Assembly (NCBI GenBank): GCA_035501735.1
Contig: DATJVR010000034.1
Coordinates: 7,638-71,637, forward strand
Reading direction: 5' to 3'
DNA length: 64,000 bases
Origin: Xanthobacteraceae bacterium
GTDB lineage: Bacteria > Pseudomonadota > Alphaproteobacteria > Rhizobiales > Xanthobacteraceae
Shown piece by piece: positions 20,590-30,317 of this stretch. A model generated the notes under the pieces. That model was not told where the DNA came from. It did not search any database and saw nothing but the letters and a program-made list of their open reading frames with translations. Position numbers and translations under genes: made by a program. How positions within the stretch are numbered: position 1 is the first letter of the stretch; each line of letters begins with the position of its first letter.

Positions 20590-22689
20590 TCATTCATAGC
20601 GCAGCGCTTCGATGGGGTCGAGACGGGCCGCCTTGCGTGCAGGATAGTACCCGAAAAAGATACCGACTGCGGCGGAAAATAAGAACCCGCCCGCAATCGC
20701 CATCGTGGAAATCGGCGTAGGCCATCCAGCGGCGAGCGAGATTGTCTTGGAAAGCGCTATCCCGATTATGATGCCGGCTATTCCTCCGGCTACGCTCAGG
20801 AACACCGCTTCGGCCAGGAACTGCAGCAAGACGTGAAGCCTACGGGCGCCAATCGCCATGCGCAGACCGATCTCGCGTGTGCGCTCTGTCACTGAAACCA
20901 GCAAGATATTCATGATGCCGATGCCGCCGACGACAAGCGAAATGGAAGCAACCGCGGCCAACAAAAGTGCCATGATCTTGCTGCTACTCTCCGCGGTCTC
21001 GGCGATTTGGCTTAAGTTGCGGACTGAGAAGTCGTTTGCGTCGCCCGGCCGAATGCGATGTCGACGCGCCAGAATCTCCGTCGCTTGACCGATGGCTGTC
21101 TGTATTTGGTCAGGACTCGTTGCCTGGACATAAATCTGGTTCACAAAGCCGAGCAATCGACGCTGTAGATTATAAGGATTGGGCGGCTCTGGATAAACCC
21201 AATTGATCGGGACCTGTTGTTGGCTGGGCGCAGCGACGCCGAGGACTTTGCGCTCCGCCGTCGAAAACGGGACCATGATGACGTCGTCCTGGTCCGTCCC
21301 AAACGGGGTTTGCCCCTTTGAGCCGAGGAGACCAATAACGCGCAACGGCACGCTCCTGACCTGGATCACGGCGCCGATCGGGTTTTCGCTCGTGCCGAAC
21401 AACTGACGTGCGACAGTCTGGCCAAGGACCACAACCAATCCGGCATCGCTATCGTCTTCCGCCAAAATCCCGCGTCCTTCGGCGATCTGCCAATTGGTGA
21501 TCGGAGGGTAATTTGCGCTTACGCCTTGAATACTCGTTGTCCAATTTTGATTGGCGTATAGGACTTGGCCGGACTGGCGAATGAGATAACTGACGCTACC
21601 GACGGCCGATGCTTCACGCCGGAGCGCCTCGGCATCGGCGAGCGTGAGCGTGGAAGCACTTCCCAATCCGCCGCGCGCGCCGCCCATCGTGGTGGTGCCG
21701 GGCACAACGACCAGCAAGTTCGTTCCAAGACTTTCGATTTGCTTGCGCACTGCCTCATTGGCACCCTGGCCGACGGCAACCATCGCGATCAGCGCTGCAA
21801 CGCCAATAAAAACACCCAACATCGTGAGCATCGAGCGCATCTTATTGCGCATGAGCGCCTGCACGGCCGCGCCAGCAATCATCATCACAAAGGCTCCGAT
21901 TGCTCCACGCCGAATGACGGAAGCCGCTGTTTGGGAAGATGGCGCCACGGTCGCACGCTCAGTCTCGGATATGCGCACTTGTTCTGGTTTGCGCTTTTGT
22001 ACATCGGATATGATCTCGCCATCCCGCATGGTGATCACGCGATCGGCGTAATCCGCGATATCCGCCTCGTGGGTAACGACAACAATTGTGACACCGCGAT
22101 CGCGATTCAGCGACCGAAGCGTATTCATTATCTCATGCGAATTTCGCGTATCGAGGTTTCCGGTCGGCTCGTCGGCAAGCAAAACGCTCGGGTTGTTGAT
22201 GAGCGCGCGCGCGATGGCGACGCGCTGCTGTTCGCCGCCCGACAGTTGCCCAGGCGTATTACGTTCGCGTCCGGTCAGACCGAGCAGGGCCAAAGCCGAA
22301 CGCGCTCGTTCAACGCGCGTCGCTCGATCCACCGAATCGGAAACGGAATAAAATAGCGGCAAGGCGGTATTTTCGATCGCACTGGTGCGAGCAAGCAAAT
22401 TGAAACTTTGAAACACGAAGCCCAGGCGCTCGCTGCGGATACGCGCGAGTTGAGGCTCGCTCAACCGCGCAACGTCAATGCCTTCGAAATAATAATCGCC
22501 GCTGCTTGGCCGATCGAGGCAGCCGAGAGTGGCCATCAAAGTCGATTTTCCCGATCCGGACGAACCCATGATGGCTACAAATTCGCCGCGCTCGACAACG
22601 AGGCTTACGCCGCGCAGCGCGTTCACGTCCACTTCGCCAAGATGATAGGTCCGGGTGACCTTATCGACCCTGATGATTGGCTCAGCCAT
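20590..22689 (-). CDS. macB: MacB-type fused ABC ATPase/FtsX-like permease exporter
   Basis: Walker A GSSGSGKST, LSGGEQQRVAIARAL, then a large periplasmic domain and four TM helices. The ATG at 22689 has a GAGG SD. Confidence 0.8.
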   Translation of the reverse strand: MAEPIIRVDKVTRTYHLGEVDVNALRGVSLVVERGEFVAIMGSSGSGKSTLMATLGCLDRPSSGDYYFEGIDVARLSEPQLARIRSERLGFVFQSFNLLARTSAIENTALPLFYSVSDSVDRATRVERARSALALLGLTGRERNTPGQLSGGEQQRVAIARALINNPSVLLADEPTGNLDTRNSHEIMNTLRSLNRDRGVTIVVVTHEADIADYADRVITMRDGEIISDVQKRKPEQVRISETERATVAPSSQTAASVIRRGAIGAFVMMIAGAAVQALMRNKMRSMLTMLGVFIGVAALIAMVAVGQGANEAVRKQIESLGTNLLVVVPGTTTMGGARGGLGSASTLTLADAEALRREASAVGSVSYLIRQSGQVLYANQNWTTSIQGVSANYPPITNWQIAEGRGILAEDDSDAGLVVVLGQTVARQLFGTSENPIGAVIQVRSVPLRVIGLLGSKGQTPFGTDQDDVIMVPFSTAERKVLGVAAPSQQQVPINWVYPEPPNPYNLQRRLLGFVNQIYVQATSPDQIQTAIGQATEILARRHRIRPGDANDFSVRNLSQIAETAESSSKIMALLLAAVASISLVVGGIGIMNILLVSVTERTREIGLRMAIGARRLHVLLQFLAEAVFLSVAGGIAGIIIGIALSKTISLAAGWPTPISTMAIAGGFLFSAAVGIFFGYYPARKAARLDPIEALRYE

Positions 22690-22724
22690 AATTGCCTCGT
22701 TCTGAAGCACGCTCAGCGTAAGCT

Positions 22725-23978
22725 TTAGAACCGTAGTCGCAGTGTCGTGGTCCGGCTTGTAACGTTCTGCTCGGCGGTGATGACACGATCGTTCGGTTTG
22801 ACCGCTCCGCTCACGATTTCAGTGAACAAATCGTCGTCAAGGCCGGTGATAACGGGAACGACAATCGTCTTTCCGTCACGCAGAACCCAAATTTGAGCTT
22901 GGTCTTCCGGCGCGCCTTTGACAGTACCGCTCGGCGTGTAACGCAAGGCTGCATTGGGAACGCGCAAGACGTCAGAACGCTGATCGACGACAATACGCGT
23001 GGCCGCGGTCATGCCGGGCTTCAGGGTAAGGTCCGTATTGCTGACGCTGATCACAACATCATAGGTGACGACGTTCTGCACGGTCTGCGGCGATTGACGG
23101 ACTTGTGTGACGGTGCCCTTGAATGCGCGTTTCGGGAACGCATCCACCGTAAACGTGGATTCATTGCCGATCTTGACGCCGCCGATGTCGCCTTCAGATA
23201 CGTTCGTGTCGACTTCCATCTTGGTCAGATCAGTCGCGATGAGAAACAATGTCGGCGTCTGGAAACTCGCCGCGACCGTCTGCCCCTGCGTCACACTGCG
23301 AGAGACGACGATTCCATCTACTGGAGAGACAATATTTGTGTAATCGAGATTAACTTGCGCTGCATCAAGGGCTGCCTGGCGCTGGTCGATTGTGGCTTCG
23401 TCGAATATGACTTGCGCTTGCGCCTGTTCGTAATTGCTTTTAGCGCTATCGACAGCATCCTGAGAAACCGCATTTGTCTGGATGAGGCGAGTGGCCCGTT
23501 CGTAGCTGATTTTGGTGTAGCCGAGATTGGCTTTGTCTTTTTCGAGTTGCGCCTTTGCCACTGCCAGATTTGCTTTGGCTTGATCGACAGCACTTTGGTA
23601 TGGCCGCGGGTCGATTTTGGCGCAGACTTGGCCCTTCTTTACCTCCGTATTGTAGTCGCAATAAAGATCTTGAATGACGCCGGATACGTACGTGCCCACG
23701 ATGATCGTGAGCTCGGGGTTGACGGTGCCAGTGGCAGTGACCGTGCGAGTGATTGCGCCGCGCGTTACAGCTACGGTGGTGTATCGAACCGTGTTGCTCG
23801 GTGCGACAATCCACCAAATGATGGCAACCGTCAGGACGAGCAGCGCAGCCAACCCCCCGATCAGCCAATAGTTGCTGAACACCCGCCCGGCGGTTTGTTT
23901 GGCTTTCGCCGATGGAAACGGGACCAACTGTGGACGGTTCTCAGGCTTGGGCGGTCGCGGTGCGAGTTGCTCGTTCAT
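22725..23978 (-). CDS. macA: HlyD/MacA-type periplasmic adaptor (membrane fusion) protein
   Basis: N-terminal TM anchor, a coiled-coil hairpin region (AKANLAVAKAQLEKDKANL), and beta-barrel/MP domains. Confidence 0.8.
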   Translation of the reverse strand: MNEQLAPRPPKPENRPQLVPFPSAKAKQTAGRVFSNYWLIGGLAALLVLTVAIIWWIVAPSNTVRYTTVAVTRGAITRTVTATGTVNPELTIIVGTYVSGVIQDLYCDYNTEVKKGQVCAKIDPRPYQSAVDQAKANLAVAKAQLEKDKANLGYTKISYERATRLIQTNAVSQDAVDSAKSNYEQAQAQVIFDEATIDQRQAALDAAQVNLDYTNIVSPVDGIVVSRSVTQGQTVAASFQTPTLFLIATDLTKMEVDTNVSEGDIGGVKIGNESTFTVDAFPKRAFKGTVTQVRQSPQTVQNVVTYDVVISVSNTDLTLKPGMTAATRIVVDQRSDVLRVPNAALRYTPSGTVKGAPEDQAQIWVLRDGKTIVVPVITGLDDDLFTEIVSGAVKPNDRVITAEQNVTSRTTTLRLRF

Positions 23979-24049
23979 CGAATGCTTTCCTGCGAGTTTA
24001 GGCTGCTGCAAATTCTGCAGTAAAATCTCGCGAAACACTTGCTAACGCT

Positions 24050-24063
24050 TTGATCTGCATCAA
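24050..24063. promoter_or_regulatory. perfect FNR/FixK box TTGATCTGCATCAA in the macA / NUDIX divergent intergenic region
   Basis: 10/10 match. The centre is 78 nt from both the macA ATG (23978) and the NUDIX ATG (24135). Confidence 0.65.
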
Positions 24064-24134
24064 TCTCTCGACCAAGCATGACCATGAATGGATTGCCGTT
24101 CTGAGCCGGCTTAGGTTCAAGATCGGAGAGCCGG

Positions 24135-24608
24135 ATGCCGAAACGAAGTGCAGGAATATTGCTGTACCAACACAGGTCGGATGGCATCGAAGTCTTGTTG
24201 GTGCACCCTGGTGGACCCTATTGGGCCAGGAAAGATGTCGGCGCGTGGTCGATCCCCAAGGGTGAGATTGGCGAGGGTGAAGATGCGCTCACGGCTGCGC
24301 GACGCGAATTTCAGGAAGAGACCGGAACGGCCGTTGAGGGCGATGCCATTTCGCTCGGCGAGGCGCGTCAAAAAAGCGGAAAAATCATCTGCGCCTTTGC
24401 GATCGAGGGCAATCTCAAGGCCGATGCACTTGTTTCAAATAGGTTTGAGATGGAGTGGCCTCCGCGCAGCGGACGCCGGGCAAGCTTTCCGGAGGTCGAT
24501 CGCGCGGAGTGGTTTTCGCCGGATGCCGCGATGAAGAAGATCACTAGCAGTCAAAAGGTGTTCGTCGAGCGCTTGCTGACAACCCTCTCATCAGGTTCAT
24601 CGCGATAG
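24135..24608 (+). CDS. NUDIX hydrolase
   Basis: GEIGEGEDALTAARREFQEETG matches the Nudix box GX5EX7REUXEEXGU. Confidence 0.8.
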   Translation: MPKRSAGILLYQHRSDGIEVLLVHPGGPYWARKDVGAWSIPKGEIGEGEDALTAARREFQEETGTAVEGDAISLGEARQKSGKIICAFAIEGNLKADALVSNRFEMEWPPRSGRRASFPEVDRAEWFSPDAAMKKITSSQKVFVERLLTTLSSGSSR

Positions 24609-24637
24609 CCGCCGTGGAAAGTCAACGATGGACTGCG

Positions 24638-25000
24638 TTACGTGGTCAGGCTCGCCCCACCATTCGAAAACAGCTCAGCGCCGACTTGCATGATCCTCCT
24701 GTTCTGATCGAGCAATTGACGGGCATCTTCGGCGTTGAGCTGCATCTGCTGTTGCATACATTCCTGCCACGCAGACGCAGCTTCTGGAATGGAACGCGCT
24801 GAGGCGAGCTTGCCCGCCAAATCCGTAGCCAGTTTTGACTCCGACTGCGCTCGCGTCGTCCAGACTTGGTTCAGTTCGGCCGCATATTCCAGGACCTGTT
24901 TCTGCAGGTCGATCATTGCGTCGATCATTGGTGCAGGATGAATGCTCCAATTCTTGTATTTATCCTTCTTTGCGTGTTCACCCGATTGAGACTGAGTCAT
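24638..25000 (-). CDS. phasin-like PHA granule-associated protein
   Basis: Small helical Ala/Gln/Glu-rich protein next to phaC. The motif SARSIPEAASAWQECMQQQMQLNAEDARQLL resembles rhizobial phasins. The ATG at 25000 has a GGAGGA SD. Confidence 0.55.
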   Translation of the reverse strand: MTQSQSGEHAKKDKYKNWSIHPAPMIDAMIDLQKQVLEYAAELNQVWTTRAQSESKLATDLAGKLASARSIPEAASAWQECMQQQMQLNAEDARQLLDQNRRIMQVGAELFSNGGASLTT

Positions 25001-25103
25001 GACATCCTCCGCAATGTTCAACTCCGCTCACAGGAAATGCATCCACCATCAACAATGACAATTCCCGCCTAACATTGTCTACAAGGTGTTATGGCAGTTC
25101 GTT

Positions 25104-25117
25104 TTGATTTGAATCAA
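25104..25117 (-). promoter_or_regulatory. perfect FNR/FixK box TTGATTTGAATCAA upstream of the phasin-like gene
   Basis: 10/10 match in the 109-nt gap between the phaC stop and the phasin start. Confidence 0.65.
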
Positions 25118-25130
25118 CCACTCCCGAATC

Positions 25131-26993
25131 TTACTCCTGAAGCACGTAAGTTCCCGGCGCATCGCACAACGGCTTATAGCCGGCCTGCGGGGCACCAAGC
25201 CCGCTTGGGGCCATTGGCGCCCCCGAGCGCGCATCGAGCCAAGCGACCCATTCCGGCCACCAGGAGCCATCTTTCTGTGGCGCATTTGCCAAAAAAGCTT
25301 CCGGGTCAAGATAGTGATTGTCGGGCTTTTTCGTCATCGCTTGGAAACTGCGACCCACGTGGCCGGGCTCTGACACGATGCCAACATTGTGCCCGCCCGT
25401 GGTGAGCAGATATGTCACCTCCGTGTCGGTCTGAAGGTTGATCTTATAGGTCGAGCGCCATGGCGCGACATGATCGCGCATAGTGCCAACAGCGAAGATG
25501 GGCACTCGTATGTCCGAGAGCGCGATCGGTTTTTCTCCGACCAGAAACCTCCCTTCCGCAAGATCGTTGTCGAGAAAGAGTTTCCGTAGGTATTCCGAGT
25601 GCATGCGGTAAGGCATGCGCGTGGCATCGGCGTTCCACGCCATCAGATCGCTCATCGGCTGGCGTTCACCCATCAAATACTCGTGGACACCACGCGACCA
25701 GACGAGATCGTTCGAATGCAACATCTGGAACGTGCCGGCCATTTGCCGGCTGTCAAGAAAACCCTGCTCCCACATCATGTCTTCGAGAAAGGCAAGCTGA
25801 CTTTCATTGATGAAAAGCATCAACTCGCCGGCCTCCGTGAAATCGGTCTGCGAGGCAAACAATGTGACTGTCTTCATCCGGTCGTCGTCTTCGCGCGCCA
25901 TTGCGGCCGCCGCAATCGCAAGCAGTGTTCCACCGAGGCAATAGCCGACAGCATGCACCTTTTCATCGGGGACAATGCTGTTTATGGCTTCGAGCGCGGC
26001 CATGATGCCGAGTGTCCGATAGTCGTCCAAGCCGAGGTCGCGCTCCTCCGGACCGGGGTTCCTCCACGACATCATGAAAACCGAGTATCCCTGCTCGGTG
26101 AGATATTTCACGAGCGAATTCTGCGGCGAGAGATCGAGAATGTAGTATTTCATGATCCAGGCAGGAACGATGAGGATGGGTTCCGGCCGAACCTTTTCGG
26201 TCGCAGGTTCATACTGGATCAATTCAATGAGGCGGTTGCGATAAACCACTTTTCCCGGCGTGATCGCGACGTCGCGTCCGACGACGAATTTTTCGCTGCC
26301 GACCGGTTTTTTGCCGCTGATCGCGCGTTCCCAATCCTCCATCAGGTTTTGGAATCCGTTGACCAGATTCATTCCGCCCTTTTTGATGGTTTGCCGAAGA
26401 ACTTTGGGATTCGTGAGCACGAAATTCGACGGCGCCACCATGTCGAGGATTTGCCGCGACGCGAACTCGACCATGTTTTCGTGCTGTTTGGAGAGGCCGC
26501 GGATGCCGGTCGTGGCGTTGTGCCACCATTGCTGCTGCAGCAAGAAGGCTTGATGGATAAAGTTGTACGGCCATTTCTGCCATTCGTCGTCGGCGAAACG
26601 CTTATCAAATGGCAGCGGCTCGATGCAGCATTCGGTTTTACCACCCTGCATCACGCAGCGGCAGGCATAATTCGTGAAGCGAACCGCCTTGCGAACCGCC
26701 TTGTCCACCAATTGAACGCGTTTGCCCGGTGCGAAGGCAAGGTGGGTTGCCCAATCCAAATAGGCATGAGCCAACGCGGCCGGCGACACGCCGGCCGAAA
26801 ACCTGGCGAGCGCGGCATGCAGCGAGCGATCAGTAATGTCGGCAAACGCGGTAACAGCGTAGGAATCGCGAATGTCAGTCTGAGTGCCGGCGACCGCAGG
26901 CTCCCCGCCTTTGGAACGAAACAACGCAGGTGCAGATGCCTCCGAGGGTCTATCCCTCGTGCGACGAATCGAATGAAGTGCTGGTACGCTCAT
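25131..26993 (-). CDS. phaC: class I poly(3-hydroxyalkanoate) synthase
   Basis: 620 aa, with the lipase-like box GYCLGGT, PILIVPAWIMKYYILDL and a conserved C-terminal Asp/His region. Confidence 0.9.
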   Translation of the reverse strand: MSVPALHSIRRTRDRPSEASAPALFRSKGGEPAVAGTQTDIRDSYAVTAFADITDRSLHAALARFSAGVSPAALAHAYLDWATHLAFAPGKRVQLVDKAVRKAVRFTNYACRCVMQGGKTECCIEPLPFDKRFADDEWQKWPYNFIHQAFLLQQQWWHNATTGIRGLSKQHENMVEFASRQILDMVAPSNFVLTNPKVLRQTIKKGGMNLVNGFQNLMEDWERAISGKKPVGSEKFVVGRDVAITPGKVVYRNRLIELIQYEPATEKVRPEPILIVPAWIMKYYILDLSPQNSLVKYLTEQGYSVFMMSWRNPGPEERDLGLDDYRTLGIMAALEAINSIVPDEKVHAVGYCLGGTLLAIAAAAMAREDDDRMKTVTLFASQTDFTEAGELMLFINESQLAFLEDMMWEQGFLDSRQMAGTFQMLHSNDLVWSRGVHEYLMGERQPMSDLMAWNADATRMPYRMHSEYLRKLFLDNDLAEGRFLVGEKPIALSDIRVPIFAVGTMRDHVAPWRSTYKINLQTDTEVTYLLTTGGHNVGIVSEPGHVGRSFQAMTKKPDNHYLDPEAFLANAPQKDGSWWPEWVAWLDARSGAPMAPSGLGAPQAGYKPLCDAPGTYVLQE

Positions 26994-27014
26994 CGTTCAT
27001 TCTATGATGGTTAT

Positions 27015-27035
27015 GCCGGCGCGATCAGCGCCGGC
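27015..27035 (-). other. GC-rich hairpin GCCGGCGC-GATCA-GCGCCGGC between the secreted-protein gene and phaC
   Basis: Perfect 8-bp stem. No U-tract follows, so it is not a convincing intrinsic terminator. Confidence 0.3.
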
Positions 27036-27053
27036 CTATACGCTCTTAGATGG

Positions 27054-27500
27054 TTATTTCAGCCAGATTTCCAACCCACTCAAATCGATGGTTGCTTCAA
27101 GCCCGATCTGTCTGCCGCGGAGCCGCAGGACAACGCCTCTAGAATTTCTAAGCCTTGCGTATTTTTTACCTCCGGCAATGGCCAGTCCGGCTTCGCCGGC
27201 GGTATACGTCCCCGCCAAGTCCGAGACATTGTATAAATTATAGACCCGTCCAATAAGCTCGGTCTTGGCCAATCCAATCGTGGCGCCCAGGCTTAGGCCT
27301 CCGATGCCAAGCGGATATTCTCGACCCTGATAGAAGAGCGTGCCGTTTCCGCCGGCCGCGCCGATAATGAGGCCTCCGCTGACAATTTCGATACGAATCG
27401 TGCCGGATGGCGGCGCTTGCGAAAACGACGGCGAAGCAAACGAAACGAGCGCAATCATGCTGACAACGAAAAGGCGAAATGCAGAAAAATAGCGTGACAT
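27054..27500 (-). CDS. secreted Gly-rich protein of unrecognised family
   Basis: Signal peptide MSRYFSAFRLFVVSMIALVSFASPSFS. The mature part consists of G/A/I/L-rich beta-like repeats. GGAGGAAG SD. Confidence 0.6.
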   Translation of the reverse strand: MSRYFSAFRLFVVSMIALVSFASPSFSQAPPSGTIRIEIVSGGLIIGAAGGNGTLFYQGREYPLGIGGLSLGATIGLAKTELIGRVYNLYNVSDLAGTYTAGEAGLAIAGGKKYARLRNSRGVVLRLRGRQIGLEATIDLSGLEIWLK

Positions 27501-27550
27501 GTCTTCCTCCGGTTTCCCAATTAAATTAATCGCTACAACGCGGGTTGCTA

Positions 27551-27564
27551 TTGATTCAGATCAA
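27551..27564 (-). promoter_or_regulatory. perfect FNR/FixK box TTGATTCAGATCAA upstream of 27054..27500
   Basis: 10/10 match, centred 57 nt upstream of the ATG. Confidence 0.65.
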
Positions 27565-27623
27565 ACCGCAATTGTTACTTTCGCAAGGCGCGTGCCGAGG
27601 GTGCCTCAACGCGCGCGCAAGCG

Positions 27624-30161
27624 TCATCGGACGTTCGATGAGGTGCGCGTCGCAAATGCCTTGGTGCTCTCCGCGGCGGCGAGATAAAACAATACCAATA
27701 GTATCACCATACCAAATATTGAAGTCGGCAGGCTGACAAATCCGAAATCAAAGCCGACCGGACTCATGACGATCGCGACGGCAGCGGCGAGCGCCGCAAA
27801 GGAACTCAGGACCAGGAATGGATGGGCTCGGCTGGTCCAGAAACGATTGTGTGTACGAATCAAGAAAATCACCAAGATCTGCGTTGCCATTGATTCGATG
27901 AACCACGCGGTGCGAAACGTTTCGGGATCCGCATGGAATATGCGCAGCAGGATTCCGAAGGTCGCGAAATCGAAGACTGAGGATAACGCACCCATGATCA
28001 CGGTGAAACGAAGTATTTCGGCCATATTCCAAGCCTGGGGGCGAGAAAGGTCGCGTTCGTCGACCTGGTCGAATGGAATTCCGATTTCTGAAAAATCATA
28101 GAGCAGATTGTTGAGGAGAATCTGAACGGGCAACAGCGGCAGGAATGGCAGCACCAGCGAAGCCAATGCCATCGACAGCATGTTACCGAAGTTGGAACTC
28201 GTTCCCATGCGGACGTATTTGAGGATATTTGCGAATGTGCGCCTGCCTTCGTCGACGCCGTCGGCGAGAACGCCCAGGTCCGGCGCAAGCATGATCATGT
28301 CGGCTGCGCCGCGTGCAACATCGGTCGCGCCTTCGACGGATAGGCCGACCTCGGCGGCTCGGATGGCCGGAGCGTCATTTACGCCGTCGCCGATAAAACC
28401 GACCGTGTGACCGTGTACCTGAAGCGCGCGGATGATGCGGGTCTTCTGATCGGGCGTCACGCGCGCAAATAGATTGATTTCTTCCACCCGCGCCGCAAGC
28501 GCCGGGTCCGTCAGATCAGCGATTTCGGCCCCGGTGAGTACGTCTCCAGCAGGGATTTTGAGCATATTCACGACATGGCGAACGACGGCTTCGTGGTCGC
28601 CGGAGATGACCATCACGCGCACGCCGGCGGCATTCAGGCGGGCGATGGCAGAGGCTGCGCTGGCTTTCGGCGGGTCGACGAAGACGGAAAATCCGGCAAA
28701 GACCAGATTATTTTCGTCTTCGATTTGAATTTCCCGGCAATCCTTCGGCATCGATTTCCAGGCCACGGCCAAAACCCGGTTGCCGAGAGCGGCCTGATCG
28801 GCCTGCATTCGCTCAAGTGCAGTGCGATCCGCGATGCCCAAAGGTTTTGCCAACCCTTCGCCATCATCAAGCGCGCTCGATCGCATCAGCACCGATTCCG
28901 GAGCGCCTTTAATTATCAGAATTCGCTCGCCTGCGCGCTCGGCGAGAACGGACACACTCCGGCGCACGAAATCAAAAGGTATCTCGTCAATCTTTTTCCA
29001 TTCGTCAAATCGTCGGTCAATGCAATGGTCGATGATCGCTTGATCAAGCGGGCTGCGTATACCGCTGCCAAAGCAGCTATTCACGGCAGCGAGCAGGAGG
29101 ACGCGCTCGCTGTCTGTTCCATCCGGGCCCGGATGGCCGACAAGGCTTATTCGCGCCTCAGTCAACGTTCCCGTTTTATCGGTGCACAGGACGTCCATGG
29201 CTCCAAGATCATGGATCGCGGCAAGGCGCTTCACGACGACGGATTTGGTGGCCAGACGCAATGCTCCACGCGACAACGTCACGGTCATGATCATCGGCAA
29301 TAGTTCGGGTGTCAGTCCAACCGCCAGTGCGACTGCGAATAAAAACGAATCGAGAACCGGCCGACCGAAGGCGAGATGCACGAGCAGGACGAAGAGCACC
29401 AAGAAAAGGGTCAGTCTTAAAATCAGCAGTCCAAGCCGATGGATACCGCGCTCGAAAGCGCTCGGGACTTCGTTTGAGGCCAGCGCCGCCGCGATACCGC
29501 CAAAGCGGGTTGAGCCGCCTGTGGTAACGACGAGCATGGTTGCTTCGCCAGTAACAATCGAAGTGCCTGCGAACAGGGCGTTAGAGGCATCTGCGGGAAG
29601 TTTGGCGTCGCACTGACCCGCGCGTTTTTCCGTAGGGAACGGTTCGCCCGTCATCAAGGCTTCGTTAGCATGCGCGTCGCGGCTCTTGATGACCACACCA
29701 TCGGCAGGAACGAGATCGCCAGCCCTCAATTCAACCACATCGCCGGGCACAACCTGTTCGACGGGAATAGATACAATTTTGCCATCGCGATAAACGTCGG
29801 AATGAATTGCCACCGATCGTTTTAATGCATCGGCTGCGACCTCCGCCCGGTGCTCCTGCACCACGTCCAGAATGATCGATAGCGCAATGACAGTCAGGAT
29901 GATGACGAAGCTGGTGAGGTCTCCGGTGAATCCTGCGATTGCCGCAGCCACCAGCAAAATCGCGACCAGCGGTTCTGCAAACCGTTTCGCAATTTTAAGC
30001 GCAATGCGCCGGTGAGGAAGGTCTGCGACCGCGTTTGGTCCATAACGCGCCAGTCGTTTTGCCGACTCCTCCGTCGTCAAACCGGCAGCGCTGCAGGACA
30101 GGCGCTCGAACAGCGAAGCAATGGAGCTTTGCCAAAATTGTTCGGTTGAGGTGTCAGACAT
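27624..30161 (-). CDS. mgtA: magnesium-translocating P-type ATPase (MgtA type)
   Basis: Contains CTDKTGTLT, GDGVNDAPA, RRTFANILKYVRMGTSSNFGN and NLLYDFSEIGIPFDQVD. It aligns along its length with E. coli MgtA as remembered. Confidence 0.85.
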   Translation of the reverse strand: MSDTSTEQFWQSSIASLFERLSCSAAGLTTEESAKRLARYGPNAVADLPHRRIALKIAKRFAEPLVAILLVAAAIAGFTGDLTSFVIILTVIALSIILDVVQEHRAEVAADALKRSVAIHSDVYRDGKIVSIPVEQVVPGDVVELRAGDLVPADGVVIKSRDAHANEALMTGEPFPTEKRAGQCDAKLPADASNALFAGTSIVTGEATMLVVTTGGSTRFGGIAAALASNEVPSAFERGIHRLGLLILRLTLFLVLFVLLVHLAFGRPVLDSFLFAVALAVGLTPELLPMIMTVTLSRGALRLATKSVVVKRLAAIHDLGAMDVLCTDKTGTLTEARISLVGHPGPDGTDSERVLLLAAVNSCFGSGIRSPLDQAIIDHCIDRRFDEWKKIDEIPFDFVRRSVSVLAERAGERILIIKGAPESVLMRSSALDDGEGLAKPLGIADRTALERMQADQAALGNRVLAVAWKSMPKDCREIQIEDENNLVFAGFSVFVDPPKASAASAIARLNAAGVRVMVISGDHEAVVRHVVNMLKIPAGDVLTGAEIADLTDPALAARVEEINLFARVTPDQKTRIIRALQVHGHTVGFIGDGVNDAPAIRAAEVGLSVEGATDVARGAADMIMLAPDLGVLADGVDEGRRTFANILKYVRMGTSSNFGNMLSMALASLVLPFLPLLPVQILLNNLLYDFSEIGIPFDQVDERDLSRPQAWNMAEILRFTVIMGALSSVFDFATFGILLRIFHADPETFRTAWFIESMATQILVIFLIRTHNRFWTSRAHPFLVLSSFAALAAAVAIVMSPVGFDFGFVSLPTSIFGMVILLVLFYLAAAESTKAFATRTSSNVR

Positions 30162-30317
30162 GGCCAGGGCAATTCAACGATAGGCTATTAGATCCGGATT
30201 GGAAATTGCCCGCACGACATCTCAGCGAATCATAGAGCCTTTATGCACTGGCCGGAGGAACCGCGTATCTAACGACCGTCCCCCGCTGCAAGATCGACAA
30301 TCACGACTTCGTTTTCG

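Noticed and set aside
25599-27236. 545-aa plus-strand ORF opposite phaC
   Set aside because: Same reasoning: it is antisense to a clear PHA synthase, has no motifs and has an R/H/G-rich composition.
30162-30317. Mg-responsive leader or riboswitch upstream of the MgtA-type gene (8-bp inverted repeat GGGCAATT...AATTGCCC just before the ATG)
   Set aside because: The arms are short with a 29-nt loop. I see no M-box-like conserved core and no Pro-rich leader ORF. The region is also the 3' flank of the DASS gene. The evidence is insufficient.
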